Source: a virus (taxonomy: Duplodnaviria; Caudoviricetes). Taken from it: DNA of 52,683 nt. The translations under genes were made by a program, and so were the position numbers. Shown piece by piece: positions 1 through 9,548 of the stretch. The stretch is taken from positions 1 through 52,683 of the IMG/VR virus record IMGVR_UViG_3300033153_001326, one strand, 5' to 3'. The notes beneath the pieces were generated by a model. The model was not told the origin of the DNA, did no database searches, and saw only the letters and a list, made by a program, of their open reading frames with translations. The first letter of the stretch is position 1, and each line of letters begins with the position of its first letter.

Positions 1-243
1 GGTTATCCTTACTTTATCAGTTCCAATCCATTTATGTGATACAGACTGTGGTTCTTCACGAAACATTGGTGTTCTGTAGTCTTCCATTGTTCTGATAAGA
101 ACTTGTCGTGCTTCATCGTATGGGAGAGCCTTTGCTTCTTTATGGCTTCCTCTCTTTGGATTAGCAACGATAACATCATACACAGATCCTTTCAGATTGC
201 GTACAAATGTATCTTTCACTTTTCTTATCTCAGCTAGTTTCAT
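1..243 (-). CDS. Hypothetical protein, 3'-truncated by the window edge (MKLAEIRKVKDTFVRNLKG...)
   Basis: Manual translation: ATG at 243 overlaps the stop of the upstream gene and the frame is open to position 1. Not in the ORF track. Confidence 0.75.
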   Translation of the reverse strand, partial: MKLAEIRKVKDTFVRNLKGSVYDVIVANPKRGSHKEAKALPYDEARQVLIRTMEDYRTPMFREEPQSVSHKWIGTDKVRIT

Positions 244-596
244 TATCTACCTTGTTTCGATAGTTGAGCCACGTTATCACTCATAGGATAGTCATCGTCA
301 TCGTTATTGTGCTTTGCTACTTCTGCTGATATATCAATCCCACCCTCAACTCTTGCTACTTCTTTGAAGCCTTTGACACCATCAACGAATACTAACACAA
401 CTACAGCAATATCATCAGAGTTATCTGCTGCAAGCTCAGTTGCTTGCTGCTTTGCATAGTTTATATCTGATGTAGCTACCCATCGTTCAATTGGATGCAT
501 GCCTTCATACGCTTCATCGTTTAAGCCAATGTATACTTTGCCGCCAGCTCCTGGTGCTTCGTCTACATACTGTTCTGTTATCTGTTCAATCTTCAT
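243..596 (-). CDS. Acidic hypothetical protein, possible internal head protein
   Basis: 117-aa ORF coupled to its neighbours; N-terminus MKIEQITE. Confidence 0.7.
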   Translation of the reverse strand: MKIEQITEQYVDEAPGAGGKVYIGLNDEAYEGMHPIERWVATSDINYAKQQATELAADNSDDIAVVVLVFVDGVKGFKEVARVEGGIDISAEVAKHNNDDDDYPMSDNVAQLSKQGR

Positions 597-597
597 C

Positions 598-828
598 TTA
601 GAAGTTTCCGTATATCATATAGTTAATCAATGGTGCTGCGGCAGATACTACTGCTACGAACACAAATGGGTACAAATATATCTTAGTACCACGACCACCA
701 TTACCATATGGTAATAGATAGTGTATATCCATGAACTTACTCATCTTGGGTCCGCTAGTTAACTTAGCTATCACACTATGTAGTTTGCTGAATACTTTAT
801 CAATCCAGCTTTGCTTTTCTTCTGTCAT
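598..828 (-). CDS. Small membrane protein
   Basis: AGGAG RBS; C-terminal hydrophobic helix (YLYPFVFVAVVSAAAPLI). Confidence 0.7.
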   Translation of the reverse strand: MTEEKQSWIDKVFSKLHSVIAKLTSGPKMSKFMDIHYLLPYGNGGRGTKIYLYPFVFVAVVSAAAPLINYMIYGNF

Positions 829-839
829 GCTTCTTCTCC

Positions 840-1091
840 TTATGGGCCTTCTGCGTACACTGTCTGTTGGTCAGCATCCATCACTCGCCAGAACTTAACT
901 GCTGTCCAGCGCATGAACAAATCTTTTGCTGCTGCTTCTGCCTCTTCAACTGTGTCATACTTTATTGCGTTGGATGCCCAGCTATCTTCTGGATCGCCGT
1001 GGGTATTAACGAATACTTTGTATATTCCTTTCTGATCTCGTACGCCTGTGGCATTACCTCTGCGCGCTTCTTCTATTTCTTTTAGCTTCAT
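840..1091 (-). CDS. Hypothetical protein, possible internal head protein
   Basis: ATGA overlap with the gp6 stop; N-terminus MKLKEIEE. Confidence 0.75.
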   Translation of the reverse strand: MKLKEIEEARRGNATGVRDQKGIYKVFVNTHGDPEDSWASNAIKYDTVEEAEAAAKDLFMRWTAVKFWRVMDADQQTVYAEGP

Positions 1092-4000
1092 GTTGATGCT
1101 CCAACTCTTAGGTTAGTATCTGTTAGATTACGTACAATCTCTACGTCTGCTACTGTGGCTGTACTGAGGAATAACTCATCAGTTTCACCCTTTACTTGGA
1201 ACAGATTACCAAATACTGAGTCATCTTTCTGTGGTACTATGACTACAGATGCTACGATCTTAGCCAATTTCTGGTGAATGTATGCAGATAGTTCAGTGTA
1301 AAAGAAACTCTCTCCGAAATCCCAGTTAGAAATGTCGAAGTACTCATCAATAGCTGTGATAATTTCAGATTTCACTTCGTTGTCTGTCTCTGTAGCTCCA
1401 TCAACTTTGACTACTTTGAACTTAGCTTGCAATTCATCTTCTGCGCCAGTACCAAACAATAGCTTGAACTGTCCAGGTTGGTAGATGATCTGGTCAGAGA
1501 GCATCTTGAAGTCGTTGAGTTCAGCGAACTGTACACGTAAATCTTCTGTTGTTGGTGCGTCAGGGAATGGTGCAGTTATATCGTTGCTACCCTTCCATGT
1601 TGTTACTTCGCCATAATAGCTATTTGTTAGTAGAACAGTATCAATGATGTTAGAGATACTTGGATCAATACGATTGCTACGTGGTGCAAAGTGCTTCCAC
1701 TTGAAGTACAATGGATTCTCTTGCGTTGCGTCTGTAATCGTGTCTAGCTCAAAGCTTCTGCCTACTCTAGCTTGGTGGTTCGTTGTCTGTACTATCTGTC
1801 CAGCAGTTGTTGTCAACTGTTCAAAAACATAGAAGTGTTCTACTGATGTATTCTCATCATAGAATACCATGCCTTCGAATGCCACGATTGAGTCTTCTGT
1901 TGTTCCTGTCACTGGATTCAAGATAGCATCAATGATTGTGTTCGCGCCAGTTGCAGATGGATCGTTTATCGTAACAACCAAGTCTACTAATGTAGTAGAC
2001 AATGACGTAGCTGATACATCTGCGGGGTCTGTTGCATGATCTGAGATAACGTAATCAGAACCAACTAGGTGTACATACATTTGGCTTGCGCCTATATCAT
2101 ACTCACCATGTTTCCATAGTCTGAAATACTCGTAGTTGTCGAAGTCAGTGAATCGTTCGAAATATACTGTATCTGGCAACCCACCATTATCAAGAAACTC
2201 CTCGATCTCTAGTGGTTCGTCTGGAATACCATCAGCGTTTGCATCTGGTGCAATGACTTCTATTTTACGTGGGTCTTTGTAACCATCTTCATACAGAACT
2301 AATGCGTTCAACTGTAGATTGACTGGATCAGCTAGTGCTGCGCCAGCCCCAATTGAAGCTGGGTTCGTAAGTGTATTGGTTCTTAGAATCTCAACTGTAT
2401 CTGTTAGTGGCAGACCAGTAGAAACATCAATAGTATTTCGTGTTGGGTCTTGGAAGAAACGTACATCTTCTAATGATTCAAAGATATAACGCTTGCCTCG
2501 TGTCCTGAATGTCCATAGATCATCAACAGCATCGTAAGTACAGAATACTAGCCAGCTTTCTGGTGTCAATGCAGTCATAGGGCCAGCAAAGTCTTCACTA
2601 CCAGTCGGTGCGGGAGCATCAATCACATACCATGCACCAGCCTTGAAGTTTGCGTCTACATCATAGCCTATACCAAAATCTGCTTGGTTAGTAATTGCTA
2701 GTTGAATAGCATTTGACTCTGCTGTGTCAAATGCTGTGCGGAACGTTGGGATCAAGTCAATCGCCCATCGGTTATCGTCTACTAGATCAGATAGCTCTAC
2801 AGGCCCAGTGTTTGTAAGGCTTTCTTCATCTGTTGCTATACCATTGTTAATGACTGAGTTAACTACTCTCCAATCAACCTTCGTTGCCGTTGCTAATACA
2901 GAATCATCGGCAAAGCGTACTGCTGCGCCAGTTGACATGAATGTACCAGCGCCGCCATTAGAAAGATCAATAGACGATCCTGCGCCGCCAGCATCAGTAT
3001 TTGTATAGAAACCAGTATCGTTTGTTGTGTTACGTGGCTGTGTCTGCCACTTCACTGTGCCGCCACCATAGTCTGATGCGCCATGCACATTGAAGTTGCC
3101 AGGGTTCAGTGTTAGATAGCTTGTGCGATAGTCACTGTAATAGAAGTTCTGTAGTTCTTGGTTATCAATGAATGCATCTAGATTCACGTTAACAATCGTA
3201 CCAGTACCAATGCTTGCGTCTACTGTTATACGATCAATCTCCTCATCAATATATAGTGCGCCATCATCACCAAACACTAATACATTCTGTGCAGTACCAG
3301 TTGGGTCGTTAATATCAATGTAACGAGAGTGGCCTGCGTGAGTACGATTGAGTGATTTGATTTTGGCAATCTCGTTGCCTCGTGTCAATGGGAATACATT
3401 GTAGTCCTCGCCATTAACCATTCTGTTTTGAGTATAGAATACTTGTGGTGCGCGCTCTTTAATCTGTTGGTTTGTTTCAGTTGGTGCGCCATTAGATATG
3501 GTTGAGTCCAGGCTGAATAGTAGTCGTAGATTGTACTCTAGCCCATCTGCACCAAAGTATGGAATGTTAATCTCAAAGTTCTGTACATCATCTGGGCGTA
3601 GTGTCAAATTCTTGTTAGCAGATACACGCAACCATGTACGGAAGATGCCAACTGGTGTATCACCAAAGTTACCATCAGCAAATTTCAATGTTATTTGATC
3701 GCTCAATCGTGGAATAACGTTGAAGATGTTTCGTATGTTATTATCTAGGCTGTTGAAGATAACGTTTGTACCAACAAGACTTGGAACTTTTGTCCACTGT
3801 TGTTGAACTGCGCCAGCTTCATCAATCTCTTGTACATACACATCAGTTTCGTTAACATTATTGGTATTAATATCCAAAGTCCTGTTTCTAACGGGCAATT
3901 CGAACAAAGTATCCTGTTTTTCAAGCGTTCCCTGCTTAAACATTAGGAAAAAGCCAGTGTTTTCCGACCCTAAGCCCTCTCCATCGTTGCGATAAACAAC

Positions 4001-4711
4001 ATGAAAGTTATCCGCTGGATCAGGTGATCGCTCGTAAAAGAACTCACCATCAGTGAAGTCAGGGTTAACAACATCAAAAGGTATTTGATCGCCACGTAAT
4101 GGAATACTAATGTTGTATGCTACTTCAACGTTTGGTACGTTGTTCATTCTGTATAGATCAGTTGGTATCTGTCCAATGGTTCCCGTCTTGAATGGGCGAC
4201 CAAATGGGTTATTAGAATTAAATGCTGCGTTAAGTATTGTAGTAAACTGTTCGAAACTATCTGGATTATTAACATCGTTCCAGAATACTGTTATATTATT
4301 CAAGTCACGATTCAAACTGTCTTGTACTGGTTCGTTTGTCTCTACGCCAGATAGCTTGAATAGTCCAGACAAAGCAATGTTACGACGAGGCGTGTACGAT
4401 AGCATACGTGCTAGACGAATGATAGAGTCACGACGTTCTGCTGTATCCAGGAAGTTTTCTCTTGTGTTCAAGTCTGCTCTGAAATTGAGTGATGTACCCA
4501 TGTATGCAAGCAACTCAATGGTTGCTACGAACTCACTTGATTGGATATAGTCATTAAAGTCTTCAGGATAGTGCGCTCTTACGTAGTCTATTAGTGAACT
4601 GCGGAGCGTATCGAAGTCGTAACTACGAAAATCTACATCACTGAATGATTTATAGATTGTTTGCCAATCTTCTGCCGTGAATAAGTTACTTTGTCTTACT
4701 GATTGTGACAT
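1088..4711 (-). CDS. gp6: Baseplate wedge subunit (T4 gp6-like)
   Basis: N-terminal YDFDTLRSSL...ELLAY...RENFLDTAERRDSIIRLARMLSY, plus KFADGNFG and TQNRMVNGEDY motifs typical of gp6/gpJ; adjacent to gp25. Confidence 0.92.
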   Translation of the reverse strand: MSQSVRQSNLFTAEDWQTIYKSFSDVDFRSYDFDTLRSSLIDYVRAHYPEDFNDYIQSSEFVATIELLAYMGTSLNFRADLNTRENFLDTAERRDSIIRLARMLSYTPRRNIALSGLFKLSGVETNEPVQDSLNRDLNNITVFWNDVNNPDSFEQFTTILNAAFNSNNPFGRPFKTGTIGQIPTDLYRMNNVPNVEVAYNISIPLRGDQIPFDVVNPDFTDGEFFYERSPDPADNFHVVYRNDGEGLGSENTGFFLMFKQGTLEKQDTLFELPVRNRTLDINTNNVNETDVYVQEIDEAGAVQQQWTKVPSLVGTNVIFNSLDNNIRNIFNVIPRLSDQITLKFADGNFGDTPVGIFRTWLRVSANKNLTLRPDDVQNFEINIPYFGADGLEYNLRLLFSLDSTISNGAPTETNQQIKERAPQVFYTQNRMVNGEDYNVFPLTRGNEIAKIKSLNRTHAGHSRYIDINDPTGTAQNVLVFGDDGALYIDEEIDRITVDASIGTGTIVNVNLDAFIDNQELQNFYYSDYRTSYLTLNPGNFNVHGASDYGGGTVKWQTQPRNTTNDTGFYTNTDAGGAGSSIDLSNGGAGTFMSTGAAVRFADDSVLATATKVDWRVVNSVINNGIATDEESLTNTGPVELSDLVDDNRWAIDLIPTFRTAFDTAESNAIQLAITNQADFGIGYDVDANFKAGAWYVIDAPAPTGSEDFAGPMTALTPESWLVFCTYDAVDDLWTFRTRGKRYIFESLEDVRFFQDPTRNTIDVSTGLPLTDTVEILRTNTLTNPASIGAGAALADPVNLQLNALVLYEDGYKDPRKIEVIAPDANADGIPDEPLEIEEFLDNGGLPDTVYFERFTDFDNYEYFRLWKHGEYDIGASQMYVHLVGSDYVISDHATDPADVSATSLSTTLVDLVVTINDPSATGANTIIDAILNPVTGTTEDSIVAFEGMVFYDENTSVEHFYVFEQLTTTAGQIVQTTNHQARVGRSFELDTITDATQENPLYFKWKHFAPRSNRIDPSISNIIDTVLLTNSYYGEVTTWKGSNDITAPFPDAPTTEDLRVQFAELNDFKMLSDQIIYQPGQFKLLFGTGAEDELQAKFKVVKVDGATETDNEVKSEIITAIDEYFDISNWDFGESFFYTELSAYIHQKLAKIVASVVIVPQKDDSVFGNLFQVKGETDELFLSTATVADVEIVRNLTDTNLRVGAST

Positions 4712-5094
4712 TATTGAGCCTCTGTATTTTGACGATCATATTCTACTGCTAAGGAATCGACAACATCTAGTGGTATGTAGCGTAGAGTTATGTCTAGTCG
4801 AACTGTCTGCTCTAGCTCACGCGCTTGAATATCAATTACATCGAAGCGTGGGTCTTGAGTAATGATACGTGCTGCATCTTCATAGATTGCTTCTATAGTG
4901 TTGTTATCAAATGGCTCAAACAACAGATCGAAGATAATTGAACCAAAGTTTGGGTGCATCACTCGCTCGCCGCGACGAGTGAGGAATGCAAACAATAGGT
5001 CTTGTTTAGCCAATTCGATACCCTCTTCTGTATATGGCGGAGTTCTCTTTCCATATGTGGAGAAACCAATGTTTGTACCGCGTAATGCCATCAA
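4711..5094 (-). CDS. gp25: Baseplate wedge subunit (gp25/gpW family)
   Basis: TRRGERVMHPNFGSII.DLLFEP...DPR signature. Confidence 0.92.
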   Translation of the reverse strand: MMALRGTNIGFSTYGKRTPPYTEEGIELAKQDLLFAFLTRRGERVMHPNFGSIIFDLLFEPFDNNTIEAIYEDAARIITQDPRFDVIDIQARELEQTVRLDITLRYIPLDVVDSLAVEYDRQNTEAQ

Positions 5095-5118
5095 ATATTC
5101 CTTGTAGTTATCTTATGT

Positions 5119-5138
5119 TATTTATCACTAAATTAACT
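5119..5138 (-). promoter_or_regulatory. Late promoter (GATAAATA, T4 TATAAATA-like) for gp25-gp6
   Basis: GATAAATA at 5126-5119 and AGTTAA at 5138-5133; the octamer recurs before most structural operons. Confidence 0.7.
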
Positions 5139-5153
5139 ATAGTTATAATATTG

Positions 5154-5213
5154 TAAGCCACTGATAGTAAAGGACATTTAGGACTTGACATTTCCCTCAT
5201 TTTGCTCTATAAT
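5154..5213 (+). promoter_or_regulatory. Consensus sigma70 early promoter with an upstream IHF-like site
   Basis: TTGACA (5185-5190), 17 nt, TATAAT (5208-5213); WATCARNNNNTTR match on the minus strand at 5154-5166. Confidence 0.85.
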
Positions 5214-5236
5214 AGATACACTGATAGCAATAATAG

Positions 5237-5440
5237 GTGGCTGTGGTGGCTGAAAAGAGAGCATTTTGTGAACATGCCGACTGCGCAGGTGAATTCTTCG
5301 TGCGCGATATGGAAGAAATGTCTGACGGCGAAGGCGGTCGAATCTATGTCTGTCAGAATCATCTAGAACACATGCAAGATCAGTCTGGTTACTGCTCAAT
5401 GAGTTGCCAGCTTGGTTACGGCTGCGACCAGAGTTGTTGA
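5237..5440 (+). CDS. Small Cys/His-rich (putative Zn-binding) early protein
   Basis: First ORF after the early promoter; CEHADC, CQNH and CSMSC...C...C. Confidence 0.65.
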   Translation: MAVVAEKRAFCEHADCAGEFFVRDMEEMSDGEGGRIYVCQNHLEHMQDQSGYCSMSCQLGYGCDQSC

Positions 5441-5449
5441 GGAGATAAC

Positions 5450-5677
5450 ATGAAATCCATCGAACGCCCAGGGCTGTACATATTGGTAATCATCATCCTC
5501 TGTCAAACGTGGAACTCACATGGTCAGCGTTATAATCTGAAGGAAGATTTGGAAGCCACGAAAACCAAACTCAATTATGCAATCCATCTGCTAGAGGGTG
5601 GCGCGCCTCGTGAAGTAACCGAGCTAGATTGCAGTCGATCAACAAAAGAAATCATTGATTGCAGGCCAGTAGAATGA
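5450..5677 (+). CDS. Hypothetical membrane-anchored protein
   Basis: GAGGAG RBS; N-terminal hydrophobic stretch. Confidence 0.7.
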   Translation: MKSIERPGLYILVIIILCQTWNSHGQRYNLKEDLEATKTKLNYAIHLLEGGAPREVTELDCSRSTKEIIDCRPVE

Positions 5678-5865
5678 TAGTATTTGGTATAATTTGGGCT
5701 GTACTAGGATTGGTCGGCTTTATTTTTGTGGTCCGCATGGAACGTGAGAGATTTCCACTTCGAATTCGTGATTATATAATTTTGATCCCCGCTTGGATGT
5801 TGATTGGCCCGCTTGGGCTTTACGGACTTTGGGCTGTCAAAGGCAGTTTATGGGAATGGAAGTAA
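5674..5865 (+). CDS. Small two-TM membrane protein
   Basis: ATGA overlap at 5674; two hydrophobic segments. Confidence 0.7.
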   Translation: MIVFGIIWAVLGLVGFIFVVRMERERFPLRIRDYIILIPAWMLIGPLGLYGLWAVKGSLWEWK

Positions 5866-6077
5866 TGAGTAAAGAATATTCAACAGATGAAGTATTAACC
5901 ATGTTGCGTCAAACTGATGCAGGTCGCGGCCTTGCTCGTCTTGCAATCAAAGAGATTGAACGATTGGTTGAGCGAACAACAGAATTAGAAGGCGAGTTAG
6001 CAGAAGCAAACAGTGCTGCTGACTTCTATCAAAATGAAGCTGACCACTACTACGGGGTAAGTGAAGCTAATGAATGA
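5865..6077 (+). CDS. Hypothetical coiled-coil protein
   Basis: TAATG coupling at 5865 (MSKEYST...). Confidence 0.7.
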   Translation: MSKEYSTDEVLTMLRQTDAGRGLARLAIKEIERLVERTTELEGELAEANSAADFYQNEADHYYGVSEANE

Positions 6078-6546
6078 GCATAGAAATACACTAGCAGAAG
6101 ACTTCCAAGAAATGGGAGTATGGTTCACTGAATCATTCACTTGGTCGCCAGGTGGCGTGTTAATTCCATTGATTGGTTTGTCTTTGGGGTTGTGTTGGGG
6201 TTTGTATCGTTATGGACGATCCCTCAAGTATCTCTACTTCTATTACATCGAACATGGTGACGTTGTTTGGTCAATGGAGAGCAGATCATACAGAGAAAAC
6301 ATGATAGAGATTGTCAAGAAATATAAACTCTCTGAATTCTTTAAGCCACATGGTTATGTATCAGGATTAGGCATCATTCTTGCTTGTACTACTCTTGGGG
6401 CAATCGCTGGATCATTATGGCCGCTTACACTCGCCATTGGAGTACTAACTATTCCCAATATTGTACTACGTTTCATTGCTAGAGAGAAACGTGCGAAGGC
6501 TGTCTTTCAACAGAACTTGCAAGGTAACGCAGATGGCAACGCTTGA
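6061..6546 (+). CDS. Hypothetical membrane protein
   Basis: Three hydrophobic segments; overlaps neighbours within the operon. Confidence 0.75.
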   Translation: MKLMNEHRNTLAEDFQEMGVWFTESFTWSPGGVLIPLIGLSLGLCWGLYRYGRSLKYLYFYYIEHGDVVWSMESRSYRENMIEIVKKYKLSEFFKPHGYVSGLGIILACTTLGAIAGSLWPLTLAIGVLTIPNIVLRFIAREKRAKAVFQQNLQGNADGNA

Positions 6547-6820
6547 GAAACTAGACAACCTTGGTTATGTCGTTAAGATTAAAGGACGTAACCAATACGT
6601 AGTTAACGATTGCTTAGGACTTCATAGGTCAGAGATATGGGGCAACGATCTGGCTAAAATTATCGTGTACAAAACGATTCAAGAGGCCCAAGCTATCAAA
6701 AGAAGTTTCGATAATAGTAAGAAAGACTATTTTGAGGTACGAGACATAGAACTTGAAGTTCAACCAATGCACAAGAAAGCGATTATGGTCGCAAAGCTAA
6801 AAGGATCGAACGATGAGTAA
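6533..6820 (+). CDS. Small protein, paralog family A
   Basis: Start re-called to ATG 6533 (AAGGT RBS); YVV...YKTIQEA...KKAIMVAKLKG. Confidence 0.75.
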   Translation: MATLEKLDNLGYVVKIKGRNQYVVNDCLGLHRSEIWGNDLAKIIVYKTIQEAQAIKRSFDNSKKDYFEVRDIELEVQPMHKKAIMVAKLKGSNDE

Positions 6821-7142
6821 ATTAATGACAGTCCATGAAAGCGAATGGGACAAGTTAGAAGATGAAATCAAACGACTCAATAAACTTGTCGATGATATTT
6901 CGTATACTGCGAAGAATCGCAAAAAGAAAATGCATCTGTATCGTGACGCACTCATTGAGATTGGTCACTGGACACCAGAAACACAAGAAAGTGCAAGAGA
7001 ATTGGATTCAGAGGGTGCGATGTGGCGCGGGTGTGTAGCACAAGCGAACATGGCATTAGAAGAGGGTGATGATGCTGTCGAAGGGCGAGTCAGGGTATAT
7101 CCAGAAGGATATCTTGAAAGGAAAGGAGAGAATAATGAGTAA
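6813..7142 (+). CDS. Hypothetical protein
   Basis: AAGGA RBS; coupled ORF with N-terminal coiled coil. Confidence 0.75.
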   Translation: MSKLMTVHESEWDKLEDEIKRLNKLVDDISYTAKNRKKKMHLYRDALIEIGHWTPETQESARELDSEGAMWRGCVAQANMALEEGDDAVEGRVRVYPEGYLERKGENNE

Positions 7143-7434
7143 TTCACGAAACGTATATGTTTTAACAGCAACGCCAGCCCGTGGTGGAAGCAATGCTGAA
7201 GAAATGAAATTGTATTGGAATTCTGATGGTTATGCAGTCCAGCGTAGCGCATGGACTCCCAAACTTAGTGACTGTCTGACATTCGCTAAGGAAGCAGAAG
7301 CAATCGAACTAAAAGAAAAACTACAAAAGATGATTGATGATACTGAGGACGAGAAGCGTTTGATCGTGAAAGACGTAATAGTTGAAGTCCTTGATCGCAA
7401 GCAGTTGATGATCGCAAAGATGAAGGGACTATAA
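7135..7434 (+). CDS. Small protein, paralog family A
   Basis: AAGGAG RBS before ATG 7135; YVL...LSDCLTFAKEAEA...RKQLMIAKMKG. Confidence 0.78.
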   Translation: MSNSRNVYVLTATPARGGSNAEEMKLYWNSDGYAVQRSAWTPKLSDCLTFAKEAEAIELKEKLQKMIDDTEDEKRLIVKDVIVEVLDRKQLMIAKMKGL

Positions 7435-7580
7435 TGTATAAGGATAAATGGTTTTCAATATTCATGTGTGTGGTGGCATTGACGATTGGTTCATGCACAG
7501 CATTTGATAATTACAACGGCACACAGTATAGGCTCGCACAACTTGAGTGCCAACGGGTGACAAATGAATCCAATGACTAA
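7434..7580 (+). CDS. Small putative lipoprotein (48 aa)
   Basis: Manual translation MYKDKWFSIFMCVVALTIGSC...; TAATG-coupled and fills the gap between genes. Confidence 0.6.
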   Translation: MYKDKWFSIFMCVVALTIGSCTAFDNYNGTQYRLAQLECQRVTNESND

Positions 7581-8106
7581 GTTCAGGCCAGGCCACAGCA
7601 TTGCAAGAGCAATCATATTTGTTGTATGCCTTGCTGCGTTCTTGAGTCTGTTTGGGTGTTCATCTGGTGGTGAGTACGGTTCTGCTCATTCTTATTTGCA
7701 CGACCAGTATGACCCTGCAACAGGCGTGACACTGAAAGCGAACACAGGAGATAACTATTCGTTTCTCACATTTGAACAGATGGTGGCTGAGTATGTAGAC
7801 TTGGAGCGATGTATGGCTGACAATGCTACGCCTGGCCCTACTATAATTTTTGAGAGCTTCAATCACATTGGTATAGGCGGGTTGGCATTCTATGTGTATG
7901 TGTCGCAGACAGCATACATTAATACAGATCAAGATGAATACTCGCCGCAGCGAAATCATATCTCAGATAGAGAATTTCTGCGACACGAATACGGACATCA
8001 TGTGCTATACTTGAATGGGTTAGATGAAACACACAACAACCCACTCTTTGTACAATGTTCAGCACTTGGCCCTAAGTCCTGTAATGGAGAATACTGTGAG
8101 AAATAG
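7564..8106 (+). CDS. Lipoprotein with zincin-like HExxH motif
   Basis: Signal peptide ending SLFGC; FLRHEYGHHVL...H motif. Confidence 0.7.
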   Translation: MNPMTKFRPGHSIARAIIFVVCLAAFLSLFGCSSGGEYGSAHSYLHDQYDPATGVTLKANTGDNYSFLTFEQMVAEYVDLERCMADNATPGPTIIFESFNHIGIGGLAFYVYVSQTAYINTDQDEYSPQRNHISDREFLRHEYGHHVLYLNGLDETHNNPLFVQCSALGPKSCNGEYCEK

Positions 8107-8374
8107 TTTAATTGTTGTGGGCTTGTTGCTCACTGGTTGTACTAACAATGCAATGCGAACACCAGAACCAATGATCGACTACGATCAAATAGCGAGTGAG
8201 ATTACTGTCACGCATCGTGAGTTTATCACGTTACGTACTGGTCAGATATGTGAGGTCAAAGGTACAAAAATTGTTGCTTGCGAACGAAACACGTTCCGTT
8301 ATGCTGAGAACAAAGCAGACCTTCGACAGATGGACGCACTCGCAGAATCAGAGGAAAACAAGAATGAAAATTAA
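8096..8374 (+). CDS. Putative lipoprotein
   Basis: GGAG RBS before GTG 8096 (alternative ATG 8084); MRNSLIVVGLLLTGC lipobox. Confidence 0.7.
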   Translation: MRNSLIVVGLLLTGCTNNAMRTPEPMIDYDQIASEITVTHREFITLRTGQICEVKGTKIVACERNTFRYAENKADLRQMDALAESEENKNEN

Positions 8375-8732
8375 ACGCAGATGGAAAGTAATGGCAGTAT
8401 TACCGATGGTTTGGTGCATAGTTGGATTAGCAATTAGCATCCCACTATATGAATATGGTTACGAAGCATGGATAGAAGCGTATGGTAGCGCATTGCTCTT
8501 GTTCGGTGGCTGGTTTCTCGGCACAATAACAGGCGTTATTATGTTTGTGGGTGCTATCGACGCTGAGGAGCGCGAGAATGCAGACTGGAAATTCCAAGAC
8601 GATGTTTTTACGATGTACGAAGATTGTCGAGTGCATAAAATATCTAAGGAAGATAGCATCAATAAAACAGCTATCTATTACGATTCATCGCCGTCAAGAA
8701 TACGAAACATTATAAAGGTTTATCAAACATGA
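8364..8732 (+). CDS. Two-TM membrane protein
   Basis: GAGG RBS before ATG 8364; two hydrophobic helices. Confidence 0.72.
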   Translation: MKIKRRWKVMAVLPMVWCIVGLAISIPLYEYGYEAWIEAYGSALLLFGGWFLGTITGVIMFVGAIDAEERENADWKFQDDVFTMYEDCRVHKISKEDSINKTAIYYDSSPSRIRNIIKVYQT

Positions 8733-8977
8733 GTGATAACATATATGTTTTATCTGCATCTTACAACAGCGGAGATGGTGGTGGATCAATGTATCTTGGA
8801 GAATCATACATAACAGCGGCTGGTGATATAGCAGATACAATCGCAGACTTGTCAGATTGCTTGGTGTTTGATACTGAGAGCGATGCATGGGAATACAGAG
8901 AAACACGACCAAGTACGGGCTGGCAGATAACGCCACTACCAAGAAAACGAATATTTAAGCATAGGTTGAAAGGATAA
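8729..8977 (+). CDS. Small protein, paralog family A
   Basis: YVL...LSDCLVFDTESDA...RKRIFKHRLKG. Confidence 0.78.
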   Translation: MSDNIYVLSASYNSGDGGGSMYLGESYITAAGDIADTIADLSDCLVFDTESDAWEYRETRPSTGWQITPLPRKRIFKHRLKG

Positions 8978-9120
8978 TGGAAGTACTCACTAAAGACGAA
9001 ATCATTAAGGATCTTCGCGCAAGGATTGTTGACTTGGAGTTGAGGAACTATTGGAAAGAATGGCGTGAAGACATAACTCCTGAAGTATTTAAACATTATG
9101 GCTGGAGGGATTTTCGATGA
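8977..9120 (+). CDS. Small hypothetical protein (47 aa)
   Basis: Manual translation MEVLTKDEIIKDLRARIVDLELRNYW...; coupled at both ends. Confidence 0.65.
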   Translation: MEVLTKDEIIKDLRARIVDLELRNYWKEWREDITPEVFKHYGWRDFR

Positions 9121-9548
9121 AGGTAGGATTTGACATACATGGTGTAATTGACACGTTTCCAGCGTTCAGGATGATGATCGAAAAGTACATTGACGATCCC
9201 GAAGTGGAAGTTCATGTGATTACTGGCCTATCCCAAGAGTCGGCCGCAAAAGAGATAGGCCACTTGGTTGACTTAGATCGCATCGACGGTTACTTTTCAA
9301 TTGCAGATTACTTAGTACAACGGCCAGACGTTAACGTTAGCTGGATAGATGGTCTTCCGTGGTCTGGTGAGATTGCATGGAACGAGGCTAAAGCAACATA
9401 CTGTTACGAAAACCAAATTGATATACTCTTTGATGATAGTCCTATCTACTCAGACTCATTCAAAGACATTGACACGATTTATGTACAGATTCATAATGCA
9501 GATAGGAAGTCATACAAGACTCGACCAAACACAGGGTACACAAAATGA
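9117..9548 (+). CDS. HAD-superfamily hydrolase (5'-nucleotidase-like)
   Basis: Motif I-like FDIHGVID, motif II VIT, conserved K, motif IV ILFDD. Confidence 0.7.
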   Translation: MKVGFDIHGVIDTFPAFRMMIEKYIDDPEVEVHVITGLSQESAAKEIGHLVDLDRIDGYFSIADYLVQRPDVNVSWIDGLPWSGEIAWNEAKATYCYENQIDILFDDSPIYSDSFKDIDTIYVQIHNADRKSYKTRPNTGYTK

